From NCBI GenBank assembly GCA_038232935.1, contig JBBSMX010000001.1:9585-73584 (forward strand): a stretch of DNA of 64,000 nucleotides, in the 5' to 3' direction. Position numbers and translations under genes: made by a program. Positions 16,531-26,698 of the stretch are shown here, piece after piece. This stretch comes from Rhodothermales bacterium. Its GTDB lineage: Bacteria; Bacteroidota; Rhodothermia; Rhodothermales; JANQRZ01. The notes under the pieces were generated by a model. The model was not told where the DNA came from. It did not search any database and saw nothing but the letters and a program-made list of their open reading frames with translations. The number at the start of each line of letters is the position of its first letter. The first letter of the stretch is position 1.

Positions 16531-17289
16531 CTAGGCCTCAGCGTCGAACAGAGGAAGTGTGACCTGCTCTGCCGGTTTTTCCTCCCGGACTGGCACACAC
16601 ACGTCTAAAACAGGGCCGAAGGCTGCGAGGAAGCGTGCACGTTCTGCCCTGGTCCACCCTCCCTTGGGGATCGACTGCAACAGCCCAACAAGAGCAGGGG
16701 GGAAATCGGAACTCCAACCGTCCGACGCACCGTCCGTATCCCCGCGCCGCCTATCAGAGCCCTTGGCAGCAGGTTTCGCTTCGGTCGTATTCTTCGCCGG
16801 GGCTCTCGAACTCGGGGCGCTTGCCTTAGCTGACTTCTTTCTAGACTTCTTCGGCTTCGCGGCTTCGATGATGCCAGCCGCCTCGCAAAGTCCAAGGAAC
16901 AGCGACACCATCCGACTCTGCATCCCGCGCGGTTCGTAGGCGCGGAAGGCATCACGCACACGGTCCAGGTCATCCTGTGCGGGGTCAACGAACGAGAACA
17001 CTTCAGCGTAGGCCTCGCGGATGACTTCCGCGAGACGGGTTTGGAAATCCGCCTCTGGTGCACGCGCAAGCCCCTCTAACTCCGGCGTGGGCATTCCTGC
17101 CTCGTCAGTGAGGTCAAGGGTCTCCAGCGCGATCAACGTGCGGCGGACAAGGCTATCCGACACTCCCGCTCTCTGTAGCACGTCGGTAGTGATGGGCGTA
17201 GCAAGGCCACGATTGCGGTAACGGTCAATGAGACCGAGGATCGCGTGCGCCGGAGCATAAGGCACGGGGTCTTCAGTACGGACAGGCAT
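16531..17289 (-). CDS. hypothetical protein; N-terminal domain reminiscent of DUF5343-type proteins, Lys/Ala/Ser-rich linker, C-terminal small domain
   Basis: From ATG 17289: MPVRTEDPVPYAPAHAILGLIDRYRNRGLATPITTDVLQRAGVSD.. The family call is from memory only. Confidence 0.5.
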   Translation of the reverse strand: MPVRTEDPVPYAPAHAILGLIDRYRNRGLATPITTDVLQRAGVSDSLVRRTLIALETLDLTDEAGMPTPELEGLARAPEADFQTRLAEVIREAYAEVFSFVDPAQDDLDRVRDAFRAYEPRGMQSRMVSLFLGLCEAAGIIEAAKPKKSRKKSAKASAPSSRAPAKNTTEAKPAAKGSDRRRGDTDGASDGWSSDFPPALVGLLQSIPKGGWTRAERARFLAAFGPVLDVCVPVREEKPAEQVTLPLFDAEA

Positions 17290-17735
17290 CAGGACGGAAT
17301 CGTTTGGTGTCCCGGCCAAAGTAAGATGCCTGAGGACGGCATCCTACAGTCGCCAGGACAAGAAAATGCGTTTTGATGTCCTGACGCCAAACGTTCTCGC
17401 CAAATAGCTTGGAAAAGCCGATTTCGACACCTAGTTTTTTCCACACGATACCCACATCAAACCAATAGAGTCATGGGGACGCCCTCGAATGAGCCCACCT
17501 TCAGTCCACCTATCGTCGTAGCTCGCGTTTGTGGAGGATACCTTGCCCTCAGTTCTCCCGGCTCTCCAGCTCGCTTTGCCGTAGAGGGGAGTAGCGAAAT
17601 AGACGTTATCCGTCGCTTTCATGCATCTGCCGCTCAATGGAGCGCCTTACTCGCAGAACCTCACGCCGGGACGGATGCAACCCCGGACGCACTTACGTCA
17701 TGAGGGGGTTGAGTGCGTCAGATTTTCGTAGGTGA

Positions 17736-18314
17736 GTCGTCCACTACACGCGGAGATGGAAGGCGGTGCCGACGCCGTTGGCGCTCCGGATCGCGGGCAA
17801 CGCCGTGGACTACCTCGCCGAGCGTATCAAGGAGATCGACCGGGAGGTCCGGCGGCTCGTGAGCACGCACCCGACGATCGGTCCGGCCGTGGCGCTCCTC
17901 GTCTCGATCCCCGGTGTGGGCCACCTCCTCGCCGCCCATGTCGTCGTGGCGACATCCGGCTTCACCGCACCCCTGGTAGCCAAGCGGTTCGCCGCGTACG
18001 TCGGGATATGCCCGCTCGACTCCCGCCCCGCCGAGGCGGGCGGGGAGAGCGGGACGAGCGTGCGGGGGCGCCCATCGAGCCGTGGCTACGGCCCGAGCGC
18101 GATCCGGAAGCTGTTGTACCTCGCGTCGATGCGGCTCGTCTCGATCGAGGGCTCGGCGTACCAGGCGTACTTCCGTCGGAAGAAGGCGGGGGGGAAGAGC
18201 GGGCGGCTCGTGCTGAACAACGTCGGCAACAAGCTGGTGCGCGTGATGGCGGCGGTGCTACGCGACGGGGTGCCCTACACGGCGGACCACGTCAGCACGC
18301 GTCCGTCGATGTGA
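17736..18314 (+). mobile_element. IS110-family transposase remnant (C-terminal half only, 5'-truncated)
   Basis: ..LVSIPGVGHLLAAHVVVATSGF..FAAYVGICPLDSRP..RKLLYLASMRLV.. matches the IS110 C-terminal (Transposase_20-like) domain. An in-frame TGA lies at 17733-17735 and no DEDD N-domain is present upstream. Confidence 0.75.
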
Positions 18315-18413
18315 CCACGAAATAGTTGCGCGAGCCCTTGACATCGTCATAGCGATCGACCTGCGACGGCGGGTTGGGCGGCATGCTCTGAGAGAGGCCG
18401 CCCGCTGCTTCAG

Positions 18414-18635
18414 TTACGCCTCCTCCAGCAAGTCGAACGACTTCTGCTTCCTCCGCTGGTACGCGAGGTAGTTCTTCCACGCGCCGCTGAGGCTGAGCAG
18501 CACGAGCCCGAGCGAGAGGTACTTCTGCTCGGGCTCCAACACGCTAACCCCGACGAAGAAGAGGGCGACCATCGAGAAAAGCGCGATGAGGAAAGGGCTG
18601 CCGGTCTGGAACTGTCGGTCGAAGACGTTCATCAT
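18414..18635 (-). CDS. small two-TM membrane protein
   Basis: MMNVFDRQFQTGSPFLIALFSMVALFFVGVSVLEPEQKYLSLGLVLLSLSGAW.. Two hydrophobic helices. Confidence 0.5.
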   Translation of the reverse strand: MMNVFDRQFQTGSPFLIALFSMVALFFVGVSVLEPEQKYLSLGLVLLSLSGAWKNYLAYQRRKQKSFDLLEEA

Positions 18636-18789
18636 CGGATAGTTGTTGGTTCTGCTTCCATGCCGCCCAACATGTTGGCGTTCAGCCGCGAAACGCGATG
18701 CGACCGTGAACGAAGGCAAAGTAGGCACAGCGTTGAAGCGGACAAAGCCGTAGAGCGTTTCGTCGGCCTGCAAAGCCGGGTTAGCCCGC

Positions 18790-19389
18790 TCAGCGCGGCT
18801 TCCCCTCCCGCCGAGCAGGGTTCAGCAGAAAACTCACCGATAGCCCGCTGTAGCTCTCGTCCGCGTTCACGTTTACGAACGCGCGTATACCCATGCCGAA
18901 CGCACCCACGACTGGGCCGTGGACGCCGATTTCCAAAGGGAGGCCCGCAAGCACGGGTGACACCTGCGTGCCGGCATCCGTGGGGATACATAAGATGAAG
19001 GCGTCGAGGCACGGACCTGCCTGGTGCCGACGCATTCGCAGCGCGGAGACGCCGACCGAGCCGGTCGCCTGCCACCGACCCCCTACCGGAAGAGCGTACC
19101 CGATGAGGAACGCGAGTTCAACGGCCAAGTCGCGGGAGACTTCGAGGAAGCCCGTGACCACTTCCCGTCCCAACTCGTGCCCCGACAGGCGCGCTGTGCC
19201 GATGAGGCGACCGTGCTGGACGCTCGCGGACGCGCTGACGTGTCCGCCCCCGCCACCGAAGTTCGGCCCGAGCGCGAGCCTGAGGGTGAGGGGGTCACGT
19301 TCAGGCGATTGTGCTTGCACCGCCATCGCGACGAGGAGAGAAGCGCAGACGAGGCAGAGCGCTCTGTTCATCAGTCTCGGCAATGGCAT
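18790..19389 (-). CDS. secreted, beta-strand-rich hypothetical protein (possible outer-membrane protein)
   Basis: Signal peptide MPLPRLMNRALCLVCASLLVAMAVQAQ and a Gly-rich body with alternating hydrophobic pattern. Confidence 0.5.
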   Translation of the reverse strand: MPLPRLMNRALCLVCASLLVAMAVQAQSPERDPLTLRLALGPNFGGGGGHVSASASVQHGRLIGTARLSGHELGREVVTGFLEVSRDLAVELAFLIGYALPVGGRWQATGSVGVSALRMRRHQAGPCLDAFILCIPTDAGTQVSPVLAGLPLEIGVHGPVVGAFGMGIRAFVNVNADESYSGLSVSFLLNPARREGKPR

Positions 19390-19630
19390 GGCGGTAGTTG
19401 AGCGGGCTAACACTGTTTATGCGGAACGATTCCGGATAACCACACCGGGCCAAACCGGAACTGTTCCTGATAGCACGAACGGCGGCCCACCTTCGGCTAA
19501 CCGTCGCCATCCAAGATAAACGGCCCGTAGGACTCGCGCAACACGATTTCAGCACGCACCGGACCGGGAACGTTCGTCTCTCGGCTTCGGACAAAGCGGA
19601 ACCATTCCGCATAACCGCGCCGCCCCGCAA

Positions 19631-21151
19631 TCACCACTCGTTCTCTTCCTTCTCCACGCCACGCTCGACAGGCACGGGATAGTTCGAGGTGAAGCAGGCG
19701 TTGCAGAAGCCGTCGCTCTCGCTCGCTTCGCGCACGGCCGCCATCATCCCGTCCACCGACACGTAGGCGAGGGAGTCCACGCCGAGCCACGCGCCCATCT
19801 TCTCCACATCGCGGTCGTACTGGTTGGCGAGCAGCTCGGTCTCGGTGGGGAAGTCCATCCCGTAGAAACACGGCGAGATCACCGGCGGGGCGGCGCTGCG
19901 GAAGTGGACCTCTTTCGCGCCGGCGTCGCGGACCATCTGCACGAGCTGCTTCGCCGTCGTGCCGCGCACGATGGAGTCGTCCACCATGATGACGACGCGG
20001 TCTTTGAGCAGGCCCTCGACGGGGTTGAACTTCGTCCGCACCTTCATCTCGCGGGCGTCCTGCCCCGGCGAGATGAACGTCCGCCCGACGTAGTGATTGC
20101 GGATGAGCCCGATCTCGTAGCGCACGTCGTAGCCGAGCTTCTGACACTCAGTGACGTAGCCGAGCGTGGCCGTGTTGGACGAGTCCGGCACCGAGATCAC
20201 GATGGGGCGCCGGTCGCCCTCTTTGCGGTGCGGTGGCGGCGCGTCGTGCGCGAGCGCCTTCCCGATCTTGCGGCGGACCTTGTCCACCATCGCCCCGAAG
20301 ATCTTCGAGTCCGGGCGCGAGAAGTAGACGTACTCGAAGACGCACTGGCTGACGCCGTGGTGGCGCGGAAGACACACGCCGTTGAAGCCGGCCCCGGCCT
20401 CGGGGTGGCCGCCGGCCTCGACGCGCTCGACGCCCTCGCGGTCGATCACGAGGATCTCGCCGGGCGAGATGTCGCGGACGTACGTGGCCCCGATGATGTC
20501 GAAGGCGCAGGTCTCGCTCGCGACGCAGTACGACACCGCGCCGTCGGGCTGTTCGAGCCGGCCGAGGGCGAGGGGGCGGAAGCCGTTGGGGTCGCGGACG
20601 GCGATGAGGGCGTCGTCCGTCATCATCACGAGGGAGAACGCCCCTTCGCACTGGTGGAGCGCGTCGATGATGCGGGGAACGGCCCCGTCCTCCCGGCTCT
20701 GCGCCACGAGGTGGAGGATCAGCTCGGAGTCCGAGGACGAGTTGAAGAGGGTTCCCTTCGCCACGAGTTCGTCGCGGATGGAACGGGCGTTCGAGAGGTT
20801 GCCGTTGTGCGCGAGCGCGAGGTTGCCCTCCTGATAGTGGACGACGAAGGGCTGGATGTTGGCCGGGTTGTCCGAGGAGCCGCTCGTCGAGTAGCGGGTG
20901 TGCCCGATGGCCGTGTCGCCGAGCAGCTTTTGCTCGAAGAGGGCAGGATCGCTGAACACGTCGAGCACGAGGCCGAAAGCGCGGTGGGTCGGCATCGTGG
21001 GGCGGTCGCGGGCCTCGTCGTAGGTGGCGGTGACGATGCCGGCGGACTCCTGCCCCCGGTGCTGGAGGGCGTGCAGCCCGAAGTAGGTCAACCGGGCGGC
21101 TTCGGGGTGGTTGAAGATGCCGAAGATGCCGCAGTGGTCACGGACGCTCAT
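19631..21151 (-). CDS. purF: amidophosphoribosyltransferase
   Basis: MSVRDHCGIFGIF.. (Ntn Cys), HRGQESAGIV, and PRTase loop VIMVDDSIVRGTT. Confidence 0.95.
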   Translation of the reverse strand: MSVRDHCGIFGIFNHPEAARLTYFGLHALQHRGQESAGIVTATYDEARDRPTMPTHRAFGLVLDVFSDPALFEQKLLGDTAIGHTRYSTSGSSDNPANIQPFVVHYQEGNLALAHNGNLSNARSIRDELVAKGTLFNSSSDSELILHLVAQSREDGAVPRIIDALHQCEGAFSLVMMTDDALIAVRDPNGFRPLALGRLEQPDGAVSYCVASETCAFDIIGATYVRDISPGEILVIDREGVERVEAGGHPEAGAGFNGVCLPRHHGVSQCVFEYVYFSRPDSKIFGAMVDKVRRKIGKALAHDAPPPHRKEGDRRPIVISVPDSSNTATLGYVTECQKLGYDVRYEIGLIRNHYVGRTFISPGQDAREMKVRTKFNPVEGLLKDRVVIMVDDSIVRGTTAKQLVQMVRDAGAKEVHFRSAAPPVISPCFYGMDFPTETELLANQYDRDVEKMGAWLGVDSLAYVSVDGMMAAVREASESDGFCNACFTSNYPVPVERGVEKEENEW

Positions 21152-21362
21152 GACAGCAGGGGGTGGGCGGGAGGACGTGCGACGTGAACCCGAACGCCGT
21201 GCGCAGGTTCAGCCGGCGACGGTGAATTCCCGGCGGGACGGTTCCACTAGCCGTAGGGGCAAGGCGTGCCTTGCCCGCGGCTTGCTCACGGTGGGAGCTA
21301 CCACGGTCAGACACGGCGCGCCGTGTCCTTACGACGGCACGGGGGGGCGAGCAAAGCGGGGG

Positions 21363-21830
21363 TCACAGCAGAATGAGCCCGACCGCGAGTGCGACTCCGA
21401 CGGCATCGGCCACGAGGTCGCGCGTGCTGAAGAGGGGGTGGACGGGACGCTGGCTGTCGGCGACCTCTTTGGCGAGGCCCAGGGAGAGGGCCGCACCGGC
21501 CGCGATGGGCAGCGCTTCATGCTCACTCGCGGCGAGCTTGCTCGTGAGCACGTACTGCGCGCTGAGCGTCAGCAGGAAGCTGCCCGTGACGTGGAGGACT
21601 TTGTCGCGGCCGAGCCACGGATCGGAGAGCGTGGTGTCGGGGAGAAGAACGCGGGGCGCTGGAGCCGCGACGTCCGGGCCGTGACCGTACAACATCGCCG
21701 CCCGCAACGACGCGGGCGCTTGCGCGCTCGCCGTCCCCGCCCCAAGCATCAGCCCAGCCAGCATCACCACGAGGCCGACTACCGCACGCACCCCCGACTC
21801 TCGACTCCCGACTCCCGGCCCTCGCTTCAT
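21363..21830 (-). CDS. membrane/periplasmic protein, YfiM/DUF2279-like (tentative)
   Basis: Signal-like N-terminus. DKVLHVTGSFLL..GLAKEVADS..FSTRDLVADAVG pattern, recalled from DUF2279. Confidence 0.45.
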   Translation of the reverse strand: MKRGPGVGSRESGVRAVVGLVVMLAGLMLGAGTASAQAPASLRAAMLYGHGPDVAAPAPRVLLPDTTLSDPWLGRDKVLHVTGSFLLTLSAQYVLTSKLAASEHEALPIAAGAALSLGLAKEVADSQRPVHPLFSTRDLVADAVGVALAVGLILL

Positions 21831-21831
21831 C

Positions 21832-22287
21832 TCACGTGTCCGGTATGTCTTCCGGCCTGATCAGGGGAGCCCCGTCGCTGAAGAGCGCTCGCATCGCGAA
21901 GATCGCCCCGCCGAACAGGATCAGCCCGGCGAGGATCAGCACGAAGATCCCACTCACCGGCGGCTCCGTGAAGCGCACCGAGACGTTCTGGCTCGCCCCG
22001 CCAGGCAACCCGATCTGCACCACGCCCGCCTGCTTCGGCATCCACTTCATCGAGTCGAACCCGCCGATGCGGATCGTGTCGCGCGCGGCGATGCTGCTGT
22101 TCGGGCGGTACGTCACGAAGACCGTGTCCACGGGCATGCCGAAGCGCAGCGTGGACTCCTGGCCGAGGACCGGGATCTCCGGCATGATCGTGATGGGCTG
22201 CGCCGTGCCGGGCGTTGCCGCGAACACGAGGAGCGCGAGGAGAGTCGAGACTCGTAGAGCCGAGGCTCGTAGAGCGAAAGCACGCAT
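21832..22287 (-). CDS. hypothetical secreted protein with C-terminal TM anchor, coupled to the NSS transporter gene
   Basis: 151 codons: MRAFALRASALRVSTLLALLVFAATPGTAQ.. ..VSGIFVLILAGLILFGGAIFAM.. The ATG at 22287 shares its A with the transporter's TGA. Confidence 0.55.
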   Translation of the reverse strand: MRAFALRASALRVSTLLALLVFAATPGTAQPITIMPEIPVLGQESTLRFGMPVDTVFVTYRPNSSIAARDTIRIGGFDSMKWMPKQAGVVQIGLPGGASQNVSVRFTEPPVSGIFVLILAGLILFGGAIFAMRALFSDGAPLIRPEDIPDT

Positions 22288-23960
22288 CAGGCGACCGTCG
22301 GTTGCTCGGCCGATTCCCGGCCGAAGGTGAGGTAGACCGCGAGCGCGAGCGACGCCACGAGCCAGACGAGCGGGATCACGGTCGGCAGCCATGCGAAGCC
22401 CTGGAGCTCGTAGAGCGATCCGTAGAGCCCGCCGTCCTGCGTCAGGTCCTCCCACAGCGTCCCGACGAGGACGTAGCCGAGGATCAGCGGGATGACGAGC
22501 TTGATGAGCCAGTTGAACCACGGCCCGAGGTAGAACTTGGAATACTTGTTTGCCGCCTGCCGGAGCGTGTCCGCCCCGAGTACCCAGCCGATCAGGATGC
22601 ACTGCATGAAGCCGGAGAAGATCAGCGCGTAGCGGAACGCCCAGTGGTCGAGGATGTCGAGCAGCGTCAAGCCGAGGGTGCCGTTGCCCGTCACGTTCGG
22701 ATCGATGATGTAGGGCAGGGCGAAGGCGAGCGAGCCGAGGACGCCGGGGACGAGGACCATCGCGAGCGCCTTCGCCCGCGAGACGTGCAGCTTGTCGATC
22801 AGCGGGGCCGCGAAGCCCTCGACGAGCGAGACGGCGCTCGTCAGCCCCGCGATGACGAGGAGGAAGAAGAACAGCGCGCCGAACGCCTTTACCCAGAAGG
22901 GGAAGGCCGCGATGCCCTGCGGGATTACGAAGAACGAGAGCGAGAGCGTCGAACCCGCCGGGTTGAGCGCGAACACGAACAGCATGGCGAAGATCGCGAC
23001 GCCCGCGATGTACTCGAACCCGCAGTTGAGGAAGCTGACCAGCATCGAGTTGTTGATCTGGTCGGCGTCCTTCGGGAGGTAGCTCGCGTAGGCCGTCATC
23101 GTCCCGAGCCCGAGCGAGAGCGAGAAGAACATCTGCGCGAACGCCCCCTGCCAGACGTTGATGTCGCGGATCCCGTCGAGGTTGGGCGTGAAGAGGTAGA
23201 GCACGCCGTCGGTCCCGCCGGGCAGCGTCACGCCGCGGATGATGAGGACGAGCATAAACACCCACATCATCGGGACGAAGATGCGCACCGCCGCCTCGAT
23301 CGTCGCGGTCCCGCGCCACAGGATGAGCACCGTCAGCGCCCAGATCACCGCGACGGAGATCATCGGCTGCCACGTCGAGATCATGCCGAAGAAGTAGACC
23401 GTCGCGTTCGGCCCGGCGGTCGGCTCGGTCATTCCCGTGAACGGGGCGACGGCGGGGTCCGTGAGGAGGCCGCCGAACGCGCCGATCATCATCGAGAGTG
23501 CCCAACCGAGGATGGTGATGTAGTACATCGTGATGAAGAGCGCGCTCGCGGCGGTGAACCACCCGAGGAACTCGCCCTTCTTCCCGACGAGCTGCAGGAG
23601 CGCGAGCGGGAAGGAGCGCCCCGTCATCGTCCCGAGCGAGAACTCCATGATCATCACCGGGATGCCGATGACGAAGAGCGCCACGAAGTAGGGGAGGTAG
23701 AACGCGCCGCCGCCGTACTGATAAGCGTTCGAGGCGAAGAAGACGATGTTGCCGAGCCCGATGGCCGACCCGCTCGCGGCGAGGATGAAGCCGAGCTTGG
23801 ACTTCCACGCCTCGCGCGGGGGGGCGGTGGTGGCAGGCGGAGAACCGTTCGACACAGGAGGATCGCTTCGTGAATGGGCCGTGAACGACGCGCCGGAAGC
23901 TACGGAGGAAAAGGATGAGGATGGAAGGTGGAGCAGGGGAGAAGGGCGTGGTACGTCCAC
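22287..23960 (-). CDS. sodium-dependent transporter, NSS/SNF family (start uncertain)
   Basis: GFILAASGSAIGLGNIVFFASNAYQYGGGAFYLPYFVALFVIGIPVMIMEFSLG signature and a multi-TM body. Confidence 0.85.
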   Translation of the reverse strand: MDVPRPSPLLHLPSSSFSSVASGASFTAHSRSDPPVSNGSPPATTAPPREAWKSKLGFILAASGSAIGLGNIVFFASNAYQYGGGAFYLPYFVALFVIGIPVMIMEFSLGTMTGRSFPLALLQLVGKKGEFLGWFTAASALFITMYYITILGWALSMMIGAFGGLLTDPAVAPFTGMTEPTAGPNATVYFFGMISTWQPMISVAVIWALTVLILWRGTATIEAAVRIFVPMMWVFMLVLIIRGVTLPGGTDGVLYLFTPNLDGIRDINVWQGAFAQMFFSLSLGLGTMTAYASYLPKDADQINNSMLVSFLNCGFEYIAGVAIFAMLFVFALNPAGSTLSLSFFVIPQGIAAFPFWVKAFGALFFFLLVIAGLTSAVSLVEGFAAPLIDKLHVSRAKALAMVLVPGVLGSLAFALPYIIDPNVTGNGTLGLTLLDILDHWAFRYALIFSGFMQCILIGWVLGADTLRQAANKYSKFYLGPWFNWLIKLVIPLILGYVLVGTLWEDLTQDGGLYGSLYELQGFAWLPTVIPLVWLVASLALAVYLTFGRESAEQPTVA

Positions 23961-23975
23961 GGCTCTCCGCCTCCC

Positions 23976-25382
23976 TCATCCGCCCTTCTCTACCTGCTCG
24001 TCCTCCGCTTCGACGGGGCGCGGCGTCACGTCGAGCAGCACCTGCTTGATCCGGTTGTTGTCTACGGCCTCGACGCGCATCTTCAGCGACCCGACCTCGG
24101 CCACGTCGCCCACGGACGGAATCTCGCCGGTGAGGTGGAAGATGAGCCCGCCCAGCGTCTCGAAGTCGAACTCCTCGATGGCGAGGTCGAGGGCGAGACC
24201 CTCCACGAGGTCGCCGAGGTCGATGCCGGCGTCCACGCGGTAGCTGTGGGGGCCGACGCGCTCGTAGGGGAGGGACTCCGGCTGGTCGTGCTCGTCGCGG
24301 ATCTCGCCGACGATCTCTTCGAGGATGTCTTCGAGCGTGACGATGCCGGCCGTCCCGCCGTACTCGTCCACGACGACGGCGATGTGGGTGTTCGAGCTCT
24401 GGAAGTCGGCGAGCATGTCGTCGAGCGGGCGGCCGAGCGGGACGAACTTGGCCGGGCGGGCGATCCGCTCCCAATCGGTGGGCTGGCTGCCGAAGGCGTG
24501 GGCCTCGTCCTCGTTGAGGAGGGGGATGAGGTCCTTGGCGTAGAGGATGCCGAGGATGTTGTCGAGGTGCTCGCGGTAGAGGGGGAAGCGGGAGTGGCCC
24601 GTCTCGCGGATGAGCGTGAGGGCCTCTTCCAGCGAGGCCGTGTCGGCGAGGGCGTGGACGTCCACGCGGCTCAGCATCACCTCGCGCACCGCCGTCTCGC
24701 CGAACTCGACGATGGAGTGGATGAGGGCACGTTCCTCCTCTTCCAGCGTCCCCTCCGCCTCGCCGAGGTTCGCGAGGGTCTTGAGGTCCTCATTCGAGAT
24801 GTTCGGGGAGGGCGGGCGGAAGCGGTGCTGGATCAGGTCCATCCCGCGCGCCAGCAGGTCGGAGACCGGGTAGAGGAGGCGGAACAGGAAGTAGAGCGGC
24901 CCCGAGAAGAACGTGCTCCACCACACGTTCTGCTGCGTAGCGACGAGCTTCGGCGTGATCTCGCTGAGCACGAGCAGGGCGAAGGTGAGCACCACCACCT
25001 GGAAGACGAAGAGGACCTCGGTCCCCCACGGCGTCTGGTCCAGATTGTACGCGACGGCTGCCTGCCCCGTGAGCACCGTCGCGAGGATGGCGGCGGCGAC
25101 GTTGACGAGGTTGTTGAAGATGAGGATGAAGATGAGGAGGCGGCGTGGCCGCTCCAGCATCGCGAGCACGCGCCGCGTGCTCGCGGTGTCGTCCTCGCGC
25201 AGGCCTTCCCGATCACTGTCGCTGAGCGAGAAGAGCGCGACCTCCGAGCCCGAGAAGAAAGCGGAGAGGACGAGCAGGAGGACGAAGACGGCTCCTTCGG
25301 TGGCGACCGTCGCCATCCCGGAGGCTACGGGCCAGAGGGTGAGGAGGAGCCCCACGAGGGGGCTACTAGCGTCAGGGTCCAA
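23976..25382 (-). CDS. CNNM/DUF21-CBS-CorC_HlyC hemolysin-family protein (GldE-like)
   Basis: N-terminal 4-TM DUF21 region (FFSGSEVALFSL), a CBS pair and a CorC/HlyC-type C-terminus. Confidence 0.85.
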   Translation of the reverse strand: MDPDASSPLVGLLLTLWPVASGMATVATEGAVFVLLLVLSAFFSGSEVALFSLSDSDREGLREDDTASTRRVLAMLERPRRLLIFILIFNNLVNVAAAILATVLTGQAAVAYNLDQTPWGTEVLFVFQVVVLTFALLVLSEITPKLVATQQNVWWSTFFSGPLYFLFRLLYPVSDLLARGMDLIQHRFRPPSPNISNEDLKTLANLGEAEGTLEEEERALIHSIVEFGETAVREVMLSRVDVHALADTASLEEALTLIRETGHSRFPLYREHLDNILGILYAKDLIPLLNEDEAHAFGSQPTDWERIARPAKFVPLGRPLDDMLADFQSSNTHIAVVVDEYGGTAGIVTLEDILEEIVGEIRDEHDQPESLPYERVGPHSYRVDAGIDLGDLVEGLALDLAIEEFDFETLGGLIFHLTGEIPSVGDVAEVGSLKMRVEAVDNNRIKQVLLDVTPRPVEAEDEQVEKGG

Positions 25383-25580
25383 GGCGGGTGAGGGAGCGCG
25401 AGAGAAAGAGCCCTCGGCTAATGGTACATGCGGGCGGCGTTACCGTCCGGGCCGCGCCCGAAAGGTCAGCAATGGAAATATACGGGTTTCGGCGCATCAC
25501 GGTCCGGAGCCCGGTCGTTTCCGTTGACGGGGCCGAGAAGAAGGCTCCTGCGCCTGTCCGACACGGAGCCGGGTATACGA

Positions 25581-25615
25581 GAACGAGGCGGCAGCCAGGG
25601 GCCACCGCCTCGTTC
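25581..25615 (-). terminator. hairpin downstream of ssb
   Basis: GAACGAGGCGG-N13-CCGCCTCGTTC, an 11-bp stem about 30 nt after the ssb stop. No clear U-tract. Confidence 0.35.
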
Positions 25616-25647
25616 CACGAACGCTAGCGCGCCTTCCGAGCGAAGCG

Positions 25648-26148
25648 CTAGAAGGGCAGGTCGTCGTCCGGCCCGAACGGGTCGTTCCCGCTCGTTTGCG
25701 GCTGGGGCTGACGCTGCTGCGGGCGCTGTTGCTGCGAGCGCTGCTGGCCGCCGGAAGAGCGCGACTGGTCGAACGAACCCGACTCGTCATAGCTGCCCCC
25801 GCCGCCGCTACCGCCTTTGCTGTCGAGCATCATCATCTCGCGGGCCTTGATCTCGGTGGTGTACCGGGTCTGCCCGTCCTTGTCCTCCCACTGGCGTGTC
25901 TGGAGGGAGCCCTCGAAGTAGACCTGGGAGCCCTTCTTGAGGTACTCGCCGCAGATCTCCGCGAGGCGGGCCCACGCCACGATGCTGTGCCACTCGGTCT
26001 TCTCGACGAGTTCGCCGTTGGAGTCCTTGTAGCTCTCGTTGGTGGCGAGCCGCATGTTGCAGACGGCGGTGCCGCTGCCGGTGTAGCGGAGCTCGGGGTC
26101 CTGGCCGAGGTTGCCGATGATGATGACCTTGTTTACTGAGCGTGCCAT
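25648..26148 (-). CDS. ssb: single-stranded DNA-binding protein
   Basis: [23 protein letters not shown].. OB fold, a Gly/Gln-rich linker and a C-terminal DDDLPF tip. Confidence 0.95.
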   Translation of the reverse strand: MARSVNKVIIIGNLGQDPELRYTGSGTAVCNMRLATNESYKDSNGELVEKTEWHSIVAWARLAEICGEYLKKGSQVYFEGSLQTRQWEDKDGQTRYTTEIKAREMMMLDSKGGSGGGGSYDESGSFDQSRSSGGQQRSQQQRPQQRQPQPQTSGNDPFGPDDDLPF

Positions 26149-26367
26149 AGGATGGCCTCCTAACTGATTGGGTACATGATTCCGCCGACGTGTCTCGGAG
26201 AGATCTGGTCGGCCTGGTCGGTCCGGCCTCGCAGCCGGTTGTTGGAGTATAGACAGGACACTCGGTCCCCTGTAACCTCCGCGCTCAGTTTAATTATCCA
26301 CAGTGACAGCCCCGCGTCATAAGAAACGAGGGCGCATCACGTAGATCTCGGATACGGGCCGAAGCGC

Positions 26368-26553
26368 TCATGCGGACGCCGGCTCGTCGTGCATCACGGC
26401 GCGCACCTGCTCCGCGACCTCCGGCGTGACCTCGACGCCGTGAGCGGTCCGGGCGTGCTCGGCGGCCTGCTGCATCGCCCCCTCTTCCGTCTCGACGCGG
26501 ATCACGCCCTCGCAGTCGAACCCGACGTCGCGGCATCGAATGACTTTAGACAT
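26368..26553 (-). CDS. DUF1059 family small protein
   Basis: MSKVIRCRDVGFDCEGVIRVETEEGAMQQAAEHARTAHG matches the DUF1059 pattern from memory. Confidence 0.7.
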   Translation of the reverse strand: MSKVIRCRDVGFDCEGVIRVETEEGAMQQAAEHARTAHGVEVTPEVAEQVRAVMHDEPASA

Positions 26554-26698
26554 GGGGGTTACCTCCCTGGTGTGATGAATGATTTAAGTGTTTGGTCATA
26601 ATACATATCGCTGTCTAAGAGCCGGGCGTATCACCACACGAATCCGGCGGCCGTTCTCCGGTATCTTTTGTCTCTCTCGCCATTCGCTGCCCGCCACC

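Noticed and set aside
17273-17637. Two overlapping minus-strand ORFs (68 and 60 codons) that could be joined across an A6 run into a beta-strand-rich protein
   Set aside because: No recognisable family, no clear start or signal peptide, and a location beside an IS remnant. This is possibly a decayed gene fragment, but I cannot support a call.
21832-24474. 880-codon minus-strand ORF spanning the transporter region
   Set aside because: Only its last 151 codons (21832-22287, starting MRAFALRAS..) look like a real protein. The rest is an Arg-rich alternative frame of the NSS transporter and gldE-like genes.
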